A DNA stretch of 62,803 nt, counting the filler, from Phoronis australis (Eukaryota > Animalia > Phoronida), in the NCBI GenBank assembly GCA_002633005.1. It is 5 parts of 5 records of this genome, joined end to end, with 100 filler letters (N's around TTAATTAATTAA, not from the genome) between each part and the next. Parts side by side here need not be neighbours in the genome. Positions count along the whole stretch, not along the records: positions 21,346 to 41,923 come from NMRA01001426.1; 4 more parts are not named here. One strand, 5' to 3'. The notes below the pieces were generated by a model that ran no database searches, was not told where the DNA came from, and worked only from the letters and a program-made list of their open reading frames with translations. This document shows positions 26,051-37,699 of this stretch, piece by piece (within the stretch, counting starts at the first letter, position 1; each line of letters opens with the position of its first letter). The position numbers and the translations under genes were made by a program.

Positions 26051-27608
26051 CCCCTGGTCTCACAATTTTCAGCCCTTATCATAAACAAAATCTAACCTTA
26101 ATAAACACCAGGCTAATTGTTGACAGACACACCAGTCCCATACTCCAAAACCACAGTTGAATGAATGGAACTACTTTTCAAGACCAGCTGCATCAGTGTA
26201 ATAAACAATTTGAGGGATATGACCCTAAAGGACACCGAGTTTATAACCTTCTGTGACAAAGCCAGTGGGAATGGATGTACAAGTGAGACAACTGGGAGCA
26301 CATTTTTATGTTATTCTTGATACAAACATTAAGCAAAGCATTGCAATATGCCAATGTACAAATTTCAAAACCAAGATATGAAATCACTGCTCAGAAAGGT
26401 CCAAGAAATGACAATAAAATCAAAGACCACTTGCATTTCTATCCAAGTAAGCCTAAATAAAATAAACAATCAAGGTTTCTCCACTAGTTTATTCAAGAAA
26501 TAGTTTGCAAACAGCAATGATAGACAATTTGATGGACACGTTGGAGGAAAAGAGTACATTATAAGACTTCAACATGCAGTGGAGTTAATTGAATACAATA
26601 ACAAGAACATCATGAATCAAAATGAACGATTCTATTCCATGTATTTAGAAGTCACAAGCAAGGTGTGATGGCTCAAGCTAGACACGTAAGCGATGCAAAC
26701 ATTGTGAACTTCTCTTGAAGCATAACTTGGGCTAGACAGCGAGCATGATATCATTTTCAAACTTACTCCTGATAAAACAGCATAGAGTAAATGCCCTAAA
26801 ATTTTACTGTAGAAAAACAAAGCATTTACTTAAACAAAACAACAAATTGGCTTAATTGAGCCAATCGTGACAAGTGTCAACAGTTATATATATGGTGTTA
26901 GTGTAATGTATACACACATCAGAAACATGTCGGAGTTACTCTTTGAATAAGATCAGTTTTACAAAAAATACAAGTCTTCAAAACTGTGTCATTCAAACAC
27001 GAATTAGATAGAATACAGCATGTTAATATTCTTTCTGCGCATTCTCACTTGTGCACTGTCAAACAGAAAGCAAATGCTACAATATTGGTGTGCCTGCCAT
27101 TCTGTTAATGGTCATCTGCCTGCTGCAATGGTTCTATGAATGAGTGAGCAACATGCCAGCCTGTTTACTACATAGATAAACAAAACATCATATCGATACC
27201 AGAAAGCCACTGGAAGTTACTAACTGAACAGATAAACAAAACACTTAACACACAAATTATCTGAAATCTGTCAGCCACTTACATGTAACACTTAATGCTA
27301 GCATAAAAGTAAATTCAAAATGAACAAGGTGATTTCATGACAGCATTTACCAAATTGTATATCTATCTCAGTGGGCCTTTTTTGCTTAGATAACCTGATT
27401 TGTTCATTGACAAACTACAAGAAAACAAGAACTTAGAAAACCTGTCATGCTGGGCACCAACACGCGGGCTGAGTGATTTTAGGGTGAATTCAATCAGATC
27501 AATAGATCAAAACAAACTTAAACAAAAAATTATGCTGATAAAATTTATAGTACTGTTGTGCTATGCAAATTTGATTTAAATGCAAAAGTTCCTGATCTAT
27601 TGTACATC

Positions 27609-30600
27609 TCAACGGACTTGTTTTTTTTGCTTATATAACCTGATTTGTTCATTAGCACTTTTATATAGAGTGGCGTATTCTGCTTTCTCTTCAACAGTAA
27701 GATTTTTAAAAGATTTTTGTAGCTTATTAAATGTCCGTCTTTTGCTTTCAAAGTTACCGCTTGTTGATACATGGAGCTTGTCCAGGTTGAGCATAGCATA
27801 GTAGGTACATATATTGTTTGGTATTTTGGGAATTTTGCCTTTTCTTTTCTGTTTCTGTTGTTTTAGTTTCATTAATGAAATGAATTTTTTGCATGACCAA
27901 AGTGTTTTTTATTTATAGAAGGCTCTTTAGAAACTTCAGAATTCAACTTTTCCAGACAAATGTGATAGTTCTTGAGATTTTTAGTCGTGTTTTCTTCAAT
28001 AGAATCGTAAACAAAGGAGTAGGAAACAATCGGACGACCACCTCGAATTGTCACTTTTAAGGCCAGGGGATACTTTAATTTGCTTTTATGGTAATCAAAC
28101 ACAACTACGATTTTTTTAGTTGATCTTGAGTTAACGAGAGATGGTAGAGTCTTGCGAACTTTGCCACCATTTCCTGTAATCATTGAGTGGACCTCATTTT
28201 GCGTTACCTTTTTCCCATTAAACCGAGAAGCACTGCCTACTAAAAAAAAGCTTAATCCTTTAAAACAGTTCTGAAAATCAAGTTCTTTTGAGTGCTGACT
28301 ATCATGAATGCGTGCCGAAAATGCTTTCCCTGCATGCTTAAGAATAGCAATGATTCCGTCTGGATATGAATGATTGTCAAGCAAGGGTGGTGGGATTTTT
28401 AACTTTGTCCTGACAAGATAACCACGCCATGTCTTTTGGATCAACGATGCTGACTTGTGTTTTTTAACATAGAGGTGAAACTCAATAGTAGCATCCGAAT
28501 TTTTTTCTTGGATGCCATATGCAAGTTGCTTATACATATTACACAAAATATTGAGAATGGGATCTTGCTTTGTTTTATCTCCATGGCGCGTGGTGTGCTG
28601 AAAATAAAGACAATTATGGACGTAGTTTAGGTGCTCTCCAGCCTCAGCATGAAATCTCGAAAGTGGAAAATCTAGTCGTCGAAGAAACACTGGGCCATAA
28701 TCTATGAATTTGCACATATATGGGGTGATGTTCCGCCATGTGTATCATAAACAACACAGCTGGTAAAAACGCTCAGCGTGAAATATGTATTTTTCAATAA
28801 CTTCGTCGTCATATCCAAAGACATAGTCCTCTACTTTCTCCAAACCCACGACTCTTCCTGAAATCAGTGTTGGGTCAGGGTCACTTTGTAGAATTACAAA
28901 CATCTTATAGAGGCTTTCAAAAATCATTTCTACCAACTGAAATTTTGTGATTACTTCGGGTAGGTTAAGGTAGTTCTTAACATTTTGTGGAAATGTACAA
29001 TTCACTTGTCTGTCTGAAACCACGTTTTCCAAGACATGACAAAAATGCATTCCTGGAGGAGATGAAGCAATAATAGCTAGTGCTGAGCCTTTATTAAGAA
29101 AAACAGGTTCTGCCCGGCCAGTTTTATCAAACAAAATTCTAAAATTGCCTTGTCGTACATGTCTTGCGTTAATGTTCGCCTGCAAATTTGAAATGAGGTC
29201 ATTGCTGGAAATGTTGATTTCTGTTTTATCTTGATTCAATTTATTAGCTTCAGAAAATATCAATTCAACTTCTAAGTTAACAAGTTTCTCGACAATTCTA
29301 ATAATACCATGAAGAACACAGAATAATATGTGGTCTAGAGGGATTGATGGGAAAATACTATTCGGCAGGTTGCGATCAAACCTAACAGGCAAGTCAGTTC
29401 TAAAACCAGTAGATGCAACTACATGTACACTCTTTTCAATAAGCTTTGACTTAGAGTAAAGATTCGAACCATCATCTGAAGTGGGACTCATTTCAATGTT
29501 ATCTGATATTATGTTTTGAAGGAACATGTGGTCCCCACACAAAAATAGTTGGGTGGAACCCGGGAGATTTTTCGCAAAAGTTTCAATAAGAGGGGGCTTG
29601 GTTAAATTTTCTTCTAAATTATCACGTGAATCAGACTCGTAACAAATAACTACGGGAAAAACAGCTCGCGGATCGTGATAGGATATGTTCTTCAAAAGCA
29701 AATCATGATTGATCACCGAAATACCTATAACAAAACTTTGTCTCCCACCTATTTGACGACCATCGCCCCAGAGCCTCAAGGCAAAACCACTTTCTTCCAG
29801 TATGAATGGGTACTTGTATTTAAGTAATTCAAAAAGCCTCCCAGGATCAATAGTCCAACCTGTAGCCGTTCGCCGTGGAAGTAATACTGAAGTAAATGCT
29901 TGTTGGTAATCTTTTTTACAAATTGCCTCTTCTTTCCATGAGGGCATTAGGTCTTTAAATTTTGATCGAAAGGCACTAGTCAACCTTTGGCCAGATACGT
30001 TCTCTTCAAAATAAATCAAATCTTGGGCTGAAAACTTTATTTTGTTTTTTAAAAAAGCATTCATGGCAGACATTAATATTTTCTCTTTTGAAGCACAATC
30101 AGAGATAATAGTAAAAAGCTGATAAAGGTCAGATGTATCAAGAATGCCATCAAATTCATTGGTGTCTTTACTCTTTTTGCGAACATCCACCATTTGGCTA
30201 AATGCTTTGAAAAATTTGGAACTATGTTTAAATTCGTTATTAACAAAAGTAACAAGTCTGTTTTTGACGAATTATATGTACCGGTTGTTTGCACCTTTTC
30301 CTGTATGTAATCACCAACTGCTATCTTCTCAAGAACTGACAGTAAGTTAGACTTCAAAATTATACTACTATTTTTGCTGCCAAGCTTACTTTTTTCAGAT
30401 ATATGTAGAAAAGCCATTATCCAAATGTGAGAAATTGTTTTATCAATGATTGATATGCAGTCATTCAAATCAAAATTGTGCTTTCTAAAAATTTTTTCAA
30501 CGCTCTTATAACCCTGCCGCTTCACATGTTGCACTAAATCAGGATATAAATCAATCGGAATGAACAACTTCTGACTTTGAAGTTCCACAATACAGTAATG

Positions 30601-30839
30601 TTCCCAGCCATTTAGTGTCACTAGCCTGGTTATGTATGAAGTGTTGTCGGTTCATTCTGACGCTGTCTTGGGCTGAAGTTCCANTGCACTAAATCAGGAT
30701 ATAAATCAATCGGAATGAACAACTTCTGACTTTGAAGTTCCACAATACAGTAATGTTCCCGGCCATTTAGTGTCACTAGCCTGGTTATGTATGAAGTGTT
30801 GTCGGCTCATTCTGACGCTGTCTTGGGCTGAAGTTCCAT
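27609..30839 (-). pseudogene. RAG1/Transib-like DDE transposase with C-terminal IQ motif, BRCT domain and HMG box (disrupted)
   Basis: Collinear ORFs 30073-30621, 28745-30193, 27872-28717 and 27609-27872, joined by two frameshifts and one in-frame TGA (28745-28747). Motifs: LRLWGDGR (D 29762-29764), LCGDHMFL (D 29531-29533), FCVLHG, YIFHAERFYQL..*YTWRNITPY...AEAGEHLN (E 28634-28636). IQKTWRGYLVRTKL at 28400-28441, BRCT-like ~27960-28270, HMG-like 27609-27840. Confidence 0.78.
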
Positions 30840-30859
30840 ACTTATTTCTCCTTGTTATA

Positions 30860-31967
30860 TCTACACTGTCACATATGAATCAGTCCCAGTTCCTATTTAA
30901 AGTGCCTAACCAGCTTTCAAGTGAGACATGCAGGGTGCAGTATTCTAAACATGGAATTCCAGGACCTAACTGCGGTCTTGAAGCAATATTATACAGCTGT
31001 TACCATATGGCTCATGACCCTTATTTCACTTGTTTACTTCAACCTAGTTAAACAAGGATGTTTCGGAAGTTTAATTGCACATAGATATAACCAAAGAAAA
31101 GTCTAAGTGGGAGAAAACACAATGATGATGACAGCAAGAAAACGTCCAAAAAAGCTACAAATAGATTCCTGCTATTATTCTATTAGTTGGTCACACGCAT
31201 TTTGATAGTTGCGCAATGAAAAAAGTTGCATTTTAGCATGAGAAACTTGGAATATATCATAAAAAATGCATTTNGACCCTTATTTCACTTGTTTACTTCA
31301 ACCTAGTTAAACAAGGATGTTTCGGAAGTTTAATTGCACATAGATATAACTAAAGCAAAGTCAAAGTGGGAGAAAACACAATGATGATGACAGCAAGAAA
31401 ACGTCCAAAAAAGCTACAAATAGATTCCTGCTATTATTCTATTAGTTGGTCACATGCATTTTGATAGTTGCGCAATGAAAAAAAGTTGCATTTTAGCATG
31501 AGAAACTTGGAATATATCATAAAAAATGCATTTTCCCAAGCTGTACGTTCCTCTCGGTTAGCGTCAGTCTCATTTTTGGATGTATATAGCTTTTTCACCA
31601 ACTTTAATTACCTAAAGTGCACAACAAACCTATTGAGGGTGTTTATTTTTATAGTTGTGCCAAAGTGGGGAAGTGATTGAATTTATAATGAACAGGAAGT
31701 TTACAAATCAAAATGAAAAACTTAGTCAAAACTGAATACAACGATAATCACATTGACTCATTGGGTTAACATCATCTCCTCCATGCTGATAACCTACAAA
31801 CACTGAATGTGATACCACTGAGTACAGGAGTTATGTAACTTAAACTTCCCAGAAAACAGCGTTCCATCAACTTTAATCATTTCCTCTTGCCTCCCACAAA
31901 CAAGATCAAAATAAGATGACTGTGGTTTGAAATTATTAATAACGTTCAAAAGTTTTAACAATGCTCT
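30860..31967 (-). pseudogene. Two degenerate PHD-finger-like remnants upstream of the transposase ORF
   Basis: From a tgtag| acceptor near 31967: ...LVCGRQEEMIKVDG...SCTQWYHIQCL*, then DYRCIQF in a shifted frame. At ~30860-30955: CLEY-(fs)-HPACL...NWD*FICD-(fs)-CR. Several ligands are missing and frameshifts are needed. Confidence 0.4.
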
Positions 31968-32865
31968 CTACAGAAGGAAAAACAATCATCACACAATGGC
32001 AATTCCCAATCTCTCTGAGAAAACTGCGCCACAGCCTAGTTTAACTGTATATGATATCAACTGTCCTAGGACCACTAATGCTCAAAAAGTATCTTAGTTG
32101 ATCAAAAAAAAGTGTTGAGACATTGTGGACAAAATTATAAATATTCTTATCTAGATCATTAAGGTACCTTAAATATAAAATCTATTATGGTACATGTCTG
32201 TCAAGAAAACTCATTTCCATCCTGTTCCATTTAACACATGATTTAACTTAACACATGATATTACTTCATGATAGAAAGAGCAAACCTACGTAGAAGGCAG
32301 GCTGATACATTATGAATAACTTAGGCACAAATTATACTAGATTGCTCATTAATTTAAGAAAAATGCGGCTATTTGAAAAAATGAAACTAACTTATGTAGT
32401 GATTGAAATACTTTTGTTCATATAGACCTTTGTTAAAAATAATATTAGATATGGCATTGTGACGTTGTGGACCCAGACAAATAAAATTGAAATACCCCAA
32501 TTAAAAACACGAATACCAAATATACCAAATATTCGTAGCACTTTGAAAATTATTAACAACCTATAGACTCCATCAATCTCAACCATTCCTAACTCTTCGG
32601 GCGTACACAGTCGCTACAACCGTTGTCAGTGAACGCTGAATAATCTCAAGACGTAATATTTGTAAAATTTCCAAATTGTGAAATCCCAAGTGGCTACCTG
32701 AATGGGAAAAATGTGAGGCAAACTATACACTTCTATTTTTATTTACGGATTCAAATCGCGTCGTAATACTGGCAGATATATCATCACTANTTCTAGGTTA
32801 TAAACAAAACCTGAGTATGAGGGCTTTGCTCATGTAGCTGGAGACCAGGCGAGCTTTTCTCATGC

Positions 32866-34785
32866 AACTTTGAGGCTTAATAACTCCAAATTGGTTGCAG
32901 GTACGGTCTTTAAATTCAGCATATAACTTTTCACAGTATATAAATTTTGATTGGTTATATAAACATATTTCATATTGCACCGGAAGAGGTCGTTTGGTGC
33001 AAAGGTCATATAATTTTCAAAATGCTACTCCTTCAGTTTTAAAGCTATTTTTTTCAAGTTCGGTGCACAGGTATAAGTCAGCATGACGATTAAAAAAATT
33101 ACTTTTCTAAGTAATCGGGTCATCCGATCAGGTGAAATAGGTCAAAGGTCATTAGGTGCAAACTGAAATTTTGAGCTAGACACTTCCAATTGACAGGTCT
33201 GATTGCCACTGGTAAATCAAATCGGAATCCAAAGTTTCAGGTCATTTAGTGCAATTCTGGGGTCATTGGGTGCATTTTTCTTCTGAAAATTTGACCTTTT
33301 CAATCAGCAAGTATTCTGATATGTCAACCGTTAGACAACTGTGATTCTCAGCGTTAAACACGTTTTTCATGGGCTTTGCAATAATTCTCCTAAAGATGCT
33401 TAAAATGCACCGGATCAGGTCAATTAGTGCAAAGGTCATGTAACGTTCAAAATGTTATATCTCTTACGTTTTTCAAGGAATTCTTTTCAATTTCAGCACA
33501 CTGGTGTAAGTCAACATGCCAATTGAACAACTTACATTACTTCGCAATAGGCCTAACCAATCAGAAAAAATAGGTCAAAGGTCATTAAGTGCAAACTAAA
33601 ATTTTGTGCTAGAGACTTCAAAATTACATATCTGTTTACTAAATGCGATTGAGTTTGAATTCTAATTGTTTGGGTCATTTGGTGCACCCATGGGGTCATT
33701 AGGTGCATTTTTCTTCTGAAAGTTTGACCAATTCATTCATGTTGTATTCTTAAGTGCTTAAAGCAAAACATTTGTGATTCTTAGCATTAACCACACTTTA
33801 AATTGGTTTTACAATTATTCCCTCATCGGGGTTCATAATGCACCGGAAGAGGTCAGTTAGTGGAAAGGTCATCAAAATATTAACATGTAATTTCTCATAC
33901 AATTTTAAAGAATTCCTTTTCGTATTTGTAAACGGGTTGCTATCAGTAACTTCCCTTAACAATTCCTTTAATACACACGCGCAGAGTCCATTATTGTCAC
34001 GCGGTGACAATAATCTTTCTAGTTCTTCTTATTCTTCTTATTCTTATTCTTCTTCCGACCAAATTTGAGGCTTAATAACTCCAAATTGGGTGCAGGTACG
34101 GTCTTTAAACTCAGCATATTACTTTTTACAGTATATAAATTTTAATTGGTTATATAATCATATTCCATATGGCACCGGAAGAGGTCGTTTGGTGCAAAGG
34201 TCATATAATTTTCAAAATGCTACTCCTCCTTCAGTTTTAAAGCTATCATTTTGAAATTCAGTGCACAGGTATAAGTCAACATGACAATTTAAAAAATTAC
34301 TTTTCTAAGTAATCGGGTCATCCAATCAGGTGAAATAGGTCAAAGGTCATTAGGTGCAAACTAAAATTTTGAGCTAGGCACTTCAAATTGACAGGTCTGA
34401 TTGCCACAGGTAAATCAAATTGAAATCCAAGGTTTCAGGTCATTTAGTGCAAACATGGGGTCATTAGGTGCATTTTTCTTCTGAAAGTTTGACCAATTCA
34501 GTCATCTTGTATTCTGAAGTGCTTAAAGTAAAACATCTCTGATTATTAGCATTAACCACACTTTTAATCGAGTTAACAATTACTCCCTCATCGGGGCTCA
34601 TAATGCACCGGAAGAGGTCAATTAGTGGAAAGGTCATCAAAAATTAATAGTAATTTCTCCTACAATTTTAAAGAATTCCTTTTCACATTGGTAAACGGGT
34701 TGCTGTCAGTAACTTCCCATAATAATTCCAGTAACATGCACGCGCAGAGTCCGTTATTGTCACGCCGTGACAATAATCTTTCTAG
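32866..34785 (+). mobile_element. Two head-to-tail Helentron-associated (HINE/DINE-1-like) elements: ~32866-34022 and 34023-34785
   Basis: Each ends with subTIR CGCGCAGAGT, hairpin (A/G)TTATTGTCAC-N3-GTGACAATAAT (33990-34014; ~34753-34777) and CTTTCTAG|TT. Internal ~430-bp repeats are rich in GGTCAAAGGTCA, and a TCT/TAT microsatellite lies near the 5' end of the second copy. Confidence 0.75.
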
Positions 34786-35024
34786 TTCTGATTATTATTA
34801 TTATTATTATTATTACTATAATTGTTTTTGTCATTCTTCTTGTTGTTCTAATTCTTCTTATTATTATTTCTAGTATTGTTCTTCTTATTATTATTAGTGT
34901 TATTATTATCATCATTACATTTTATTCTTATTCTTATTCTTGTTATTATTCTTGTTGTGGTTGGTTTCTTAGTTTCTTGTTTTCTTGTCCTTGTTATTTA
35001 ATGATAGTAACATGTCTTTTCCAG

Positions 35025-35315
35025 TTCCAGACAACATAATTGCAGCACCAGCTATAAGTGATGTCAAAGCCAGGCAATTCATAGTGTCATGGAACATAGT
35101 CTTGTGTAAAGATATGAATGGAGAGTTCACCAATTACAGAGTCATGGTAACTGATCTGACAAACAATGAATCAGCTATTTACAGCAATGACACAACTAAC
35201 GTGAATGTGATTGGACGGCGACCATACACGCACTATTCAGTAGTTGTTAAAGTGTGCAATGTCATTGGCTGTTCCAGTTATGGGGATGCCAGTACCATCA
35301 CAACTGACCAAGCAA
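35025..35315 (+). CDS. Fibronectin type III exon A of a receptor-like protein (RPTP/RTK-type ectodomain)
   Basis: PDNIIAAP...FIVSWNIVLCKDMNGEFTNYRV...GRRPYTHYSVVVKVCNVIGCSSYG...ITTDQA. ttttccag| acceptor, |GTAAGT donor, 291 bp, phase 1-1. Confidence 0.88.
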
Positions 35316-35420
35316 GTAAGTTTTGACGTGGTATGTCATGAAATTTTGTTGTGCACTTTCGTACATATACATGGTACAATACACACTAAAAATAAGCAGA
35401 GTGTCACATTTTCCCAAGGA

Positions 35421-35668
35421 TTGGTGGGCACATCTCATCACTGACTATTGGTAATAGCTATTGGTGTGTACATCTCATCACTGACTATTGGTAATAGTTA
35501 TTGGTGTTCACATCTCATCACTGACTATTGGTAATAGCTATTGGTAAGTACATCTCATCACTGACTATTGGTAATAGCTATTGGTGTGTACATCTCATCA
35601 CTGACTATTGGTAATAGCTATTGGTGTGCACATCTCATCACTGACTATTGGTAATAGCTTTTGGTGTG
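35421..35668. repeat. 40-bp minisatellite, 6 copies
   Basis: CATCTCATCACTGACTATTGGTAATAG(C/T)T(A/T)TTGGT starts at 35431, 35471, 35511, 35551, 35591 and 35631. Confidence 0.95.
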
Positions 35669-37699
35669 ATGATGAACTAAAGACTGGTTTGAGTTAAATC
35701 ACTTTATCGATCTCGACTGACCATACTGGTAATATCTGCTTTAATCTCTGATGCTGCTACTAATTGCTTCAAAACCTTGACTTGTGATGAACTCTTGTGT
35801 CAACAAATGTCCGACTCGTTGGTACATTAAACATCTGTATGCTATAAACATTCCCACTAAATAAAATTGGCCCAAACCCTGCCTATAAGGGTAAACGGTG
35901 GTGTTTGGCAGATCGAACTAGACCGTATTTAGCCACCTTGGCTGAGTCGCGCTCTGCTCACGATCAAAGGGATGCTGCCAAGCTGCTCTATTCATCGAGT
36001 CACGAGCGAGGATAATTGGCTTCGCTCACGTGGATATGATCAGCTGATTACAATCTAGCGTAGAAGACTGTACTTTTTATGGAGAGAGTTTTACGTTTTT
36101 ACTGTTATATCTTAAAAGAGGAGCGAAAACAAATATGAGTACAACTTTGAATTTTTCAAATCGGCCCAGGATAAGAGATTTTGCAACACAGCAACAATCA
36201 CGATTACTTTCATTGGGCGCGCACGAATACAAAAATATAGGACCCAAGTTATTTAGGTTTTGGAACACATGCATTGCAATATTCAAAATATGTTTATTAT
36301 GAATCTTACACGCTGTAAAATGACGTTGTTTAATTTCATTGTGCTCATTCATTGTCGTCCGTCAAATCGGAAATTTCCGAGATGTGAGTCTGCGGCGTGC
36401 GCGTATGTGTACAAAACACGTGATGTTATGTTCCTGAAGTACGAACATTAAGAAACTTTAGCATGCCGTTATTATTGACAGGGACACGATAAAACGAATT
36501 TGGATTTTTGACTATAGTCTTGATACAGCGAGCTGGCTGACCACTGCATCAGTGTCTCCGTTAGACCCAGAAATTTCACACAGCCCGGGTCATTCAGCTC
36601 GTCACCTCGTCCCCAACATGTAGATCGAGCCTTGGACTATTAATGTTTCACTTCGCGGTAGAGCTAACGACTGTCGGCCTGTGCACACAAAATCTGTGAG
36701 TTAATCGGCACTCTGACCTTGCACGTTGCAGCCGTTTAAGTGAAAAACAATCTAGTAAACGGTATTTTCTTGCATAATCCTCCGCCTTTTGTAACAAAAA
36801 AGTCTATCGTCGATGACCCACACATGCACGCTCCGGCACTCACTAGTGGTATGTGCTTCCTAAGTGGGTCAAATTCCAGGGAGCATAAAGTTACATGTGA
36901 CGGGAATTTGGTTCATTAGGGACAGGTCTAAAACGATTACTAGTTGATCCATCCCTACAAATATGTCGGGTTGATCCATTTTCTTGACTTGAGAGTGGTT
37001 ATAGCTTTCCCTACAAATATGGTGGCTTGCTGAGAGGGAAATTTTTGCACTGATTGCGTAATTATGCTTTGTTGATTGGATTAATATTTAAGTTGTAATC
37101 TCAAGTTCACTCTAGTTGAAGTACATGGTCTCCGTGGAGCGCACTGAATATCAATTCAAGCAATTTCGCTGACACACAACTGTTTCATAACTGTTCAAAC
37201 CCAGTCACTTTCCTTCAACCAAAATGTGGAGGAGTTTCAGCTTGAATATATAACAGTCTGCTTGGAACTCAATTTCATTCTCGTTGAGAGTTGCGGATGT
37301 ACAAGTCATCTAATCGAGCTTGTTTATTACAAAGTTCATCCATTTCCATGTGATAATGTCCTATACTAACAGCTTGAGCAATGAATTTCATGGCAAGCCA
37401 TATTTTGGAAAATATATTAAAATAGTTAGGCCATCCCATTACACTTGGAGTCTGTTTGATTGGTCGCTTACACCTTGGCAATTGTCTCCCTCACATTGCT
37501 TGTTCATTTAAGTCCGTATTCGTCTCAAATAGTCGAGTTCGCACACTTTGAACTAAAAACTCGTTGAGTGGCAAAGTTTCTTAATTGTGCTAGAACTGAA
37601 ATAACATTTTATTTCAAGATCAGGTCATTTTGCGTCCACGCCACTTTGACTTGATGTCCTCCAGTTGATACTAGATGGATCTCTCACACTCTCAGATGT

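Noticed and set aside
26050-27600. Convergent RAG2-like (kelch/PHD) gene as in ProtoRAG
   Set aside because: Only short interrupted plus-strand frames; no kelch repeats recognised by eye.
35421-35668. Regular 40-bp array (and the 19-bp array at 50055-50130) as a CRISPR array
   Set aside because: Units are contiguous near-identical repeats without unique spacers, the context is eukaryotic, and there are no cas genes.
37127-37136. GGTCTCCGTG as the partner TIR of CACGGAGAAC at 24592
   Set aside because: Only a short match (8 contiguous bp). It would enclose a host FN3 exon and HINE copies, and no TSD is seen.
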